Shown: positions 63,969-64,000 of the stretch, one piece after another
Layout of the letters: every line of letters begins with the position of its first letter
Numbering within the stretch: position 1 is the first letter of the stretch
Source of the DNA: Eledone cirrhosa
Lineage: Eukaryota
Length of the DNA stretch: 64,000 nucleotides
Assembly (NCBI GenBank): GCA_964016885.1
Contig: OZ024763.1
Coordinates: 6,200,001 to 6,264,000 of the forward strand
Direction: 5' to 3'
Notes under the pieces: generated by a model
The model's input: only the letters and a program-made list of their open reading frames with translations
Told to the model about the DNA's origin: nothing
Database searches by the model: none
Program-made: the position numbers and the translations under genes

Positions 63969-64000
63969 GCTATACATATATATGTTGTACATATATAACA

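Overview
Eukaryotic, AT-rich, microsatellite-saturated genomic DNA. The repeat landscape (tRNA-derived SINEs, RTE/CR1 relics, piggyBac/mariner MITEs, (TA)n/(CA)n tracts) looks like an octopod cephalopod; this is inference. One protein-coding gene is well supported: a minus-strand myotubularin-related phosphatase of the MTMR3/MTMR4 subfamily. I traced 12 phase-compatible GT-AG coding exons from 28616 down to 12125 (3267 nt, about 1089 codons; PH-GRAM, phosphatase with HCSDGWDRT, long Ser-rich linker, coiled coil), plus a likely ATG-bearing exon at 37128-37215. The expected FYVE exons were not found in the window. Almost all other ORF-track entries are microsatellite artefacts. The most interesting signal is a dispersed set of short elements, mostly in or beside (TA)n tracts, that carry type I hammerhead ribozyme motifs (CUGANGA...GAAA, palindromic stem III, often a downstream AATAAA). 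Many are folded back into long inverted repeats whose centres fall in or just upstream of the ribozyme. Penelope-like GIY-YIG relics occur in the same window. Several minisatellite arrays are demonstrably amplified from internal pieces of a LINE, a SINE and a MITE.
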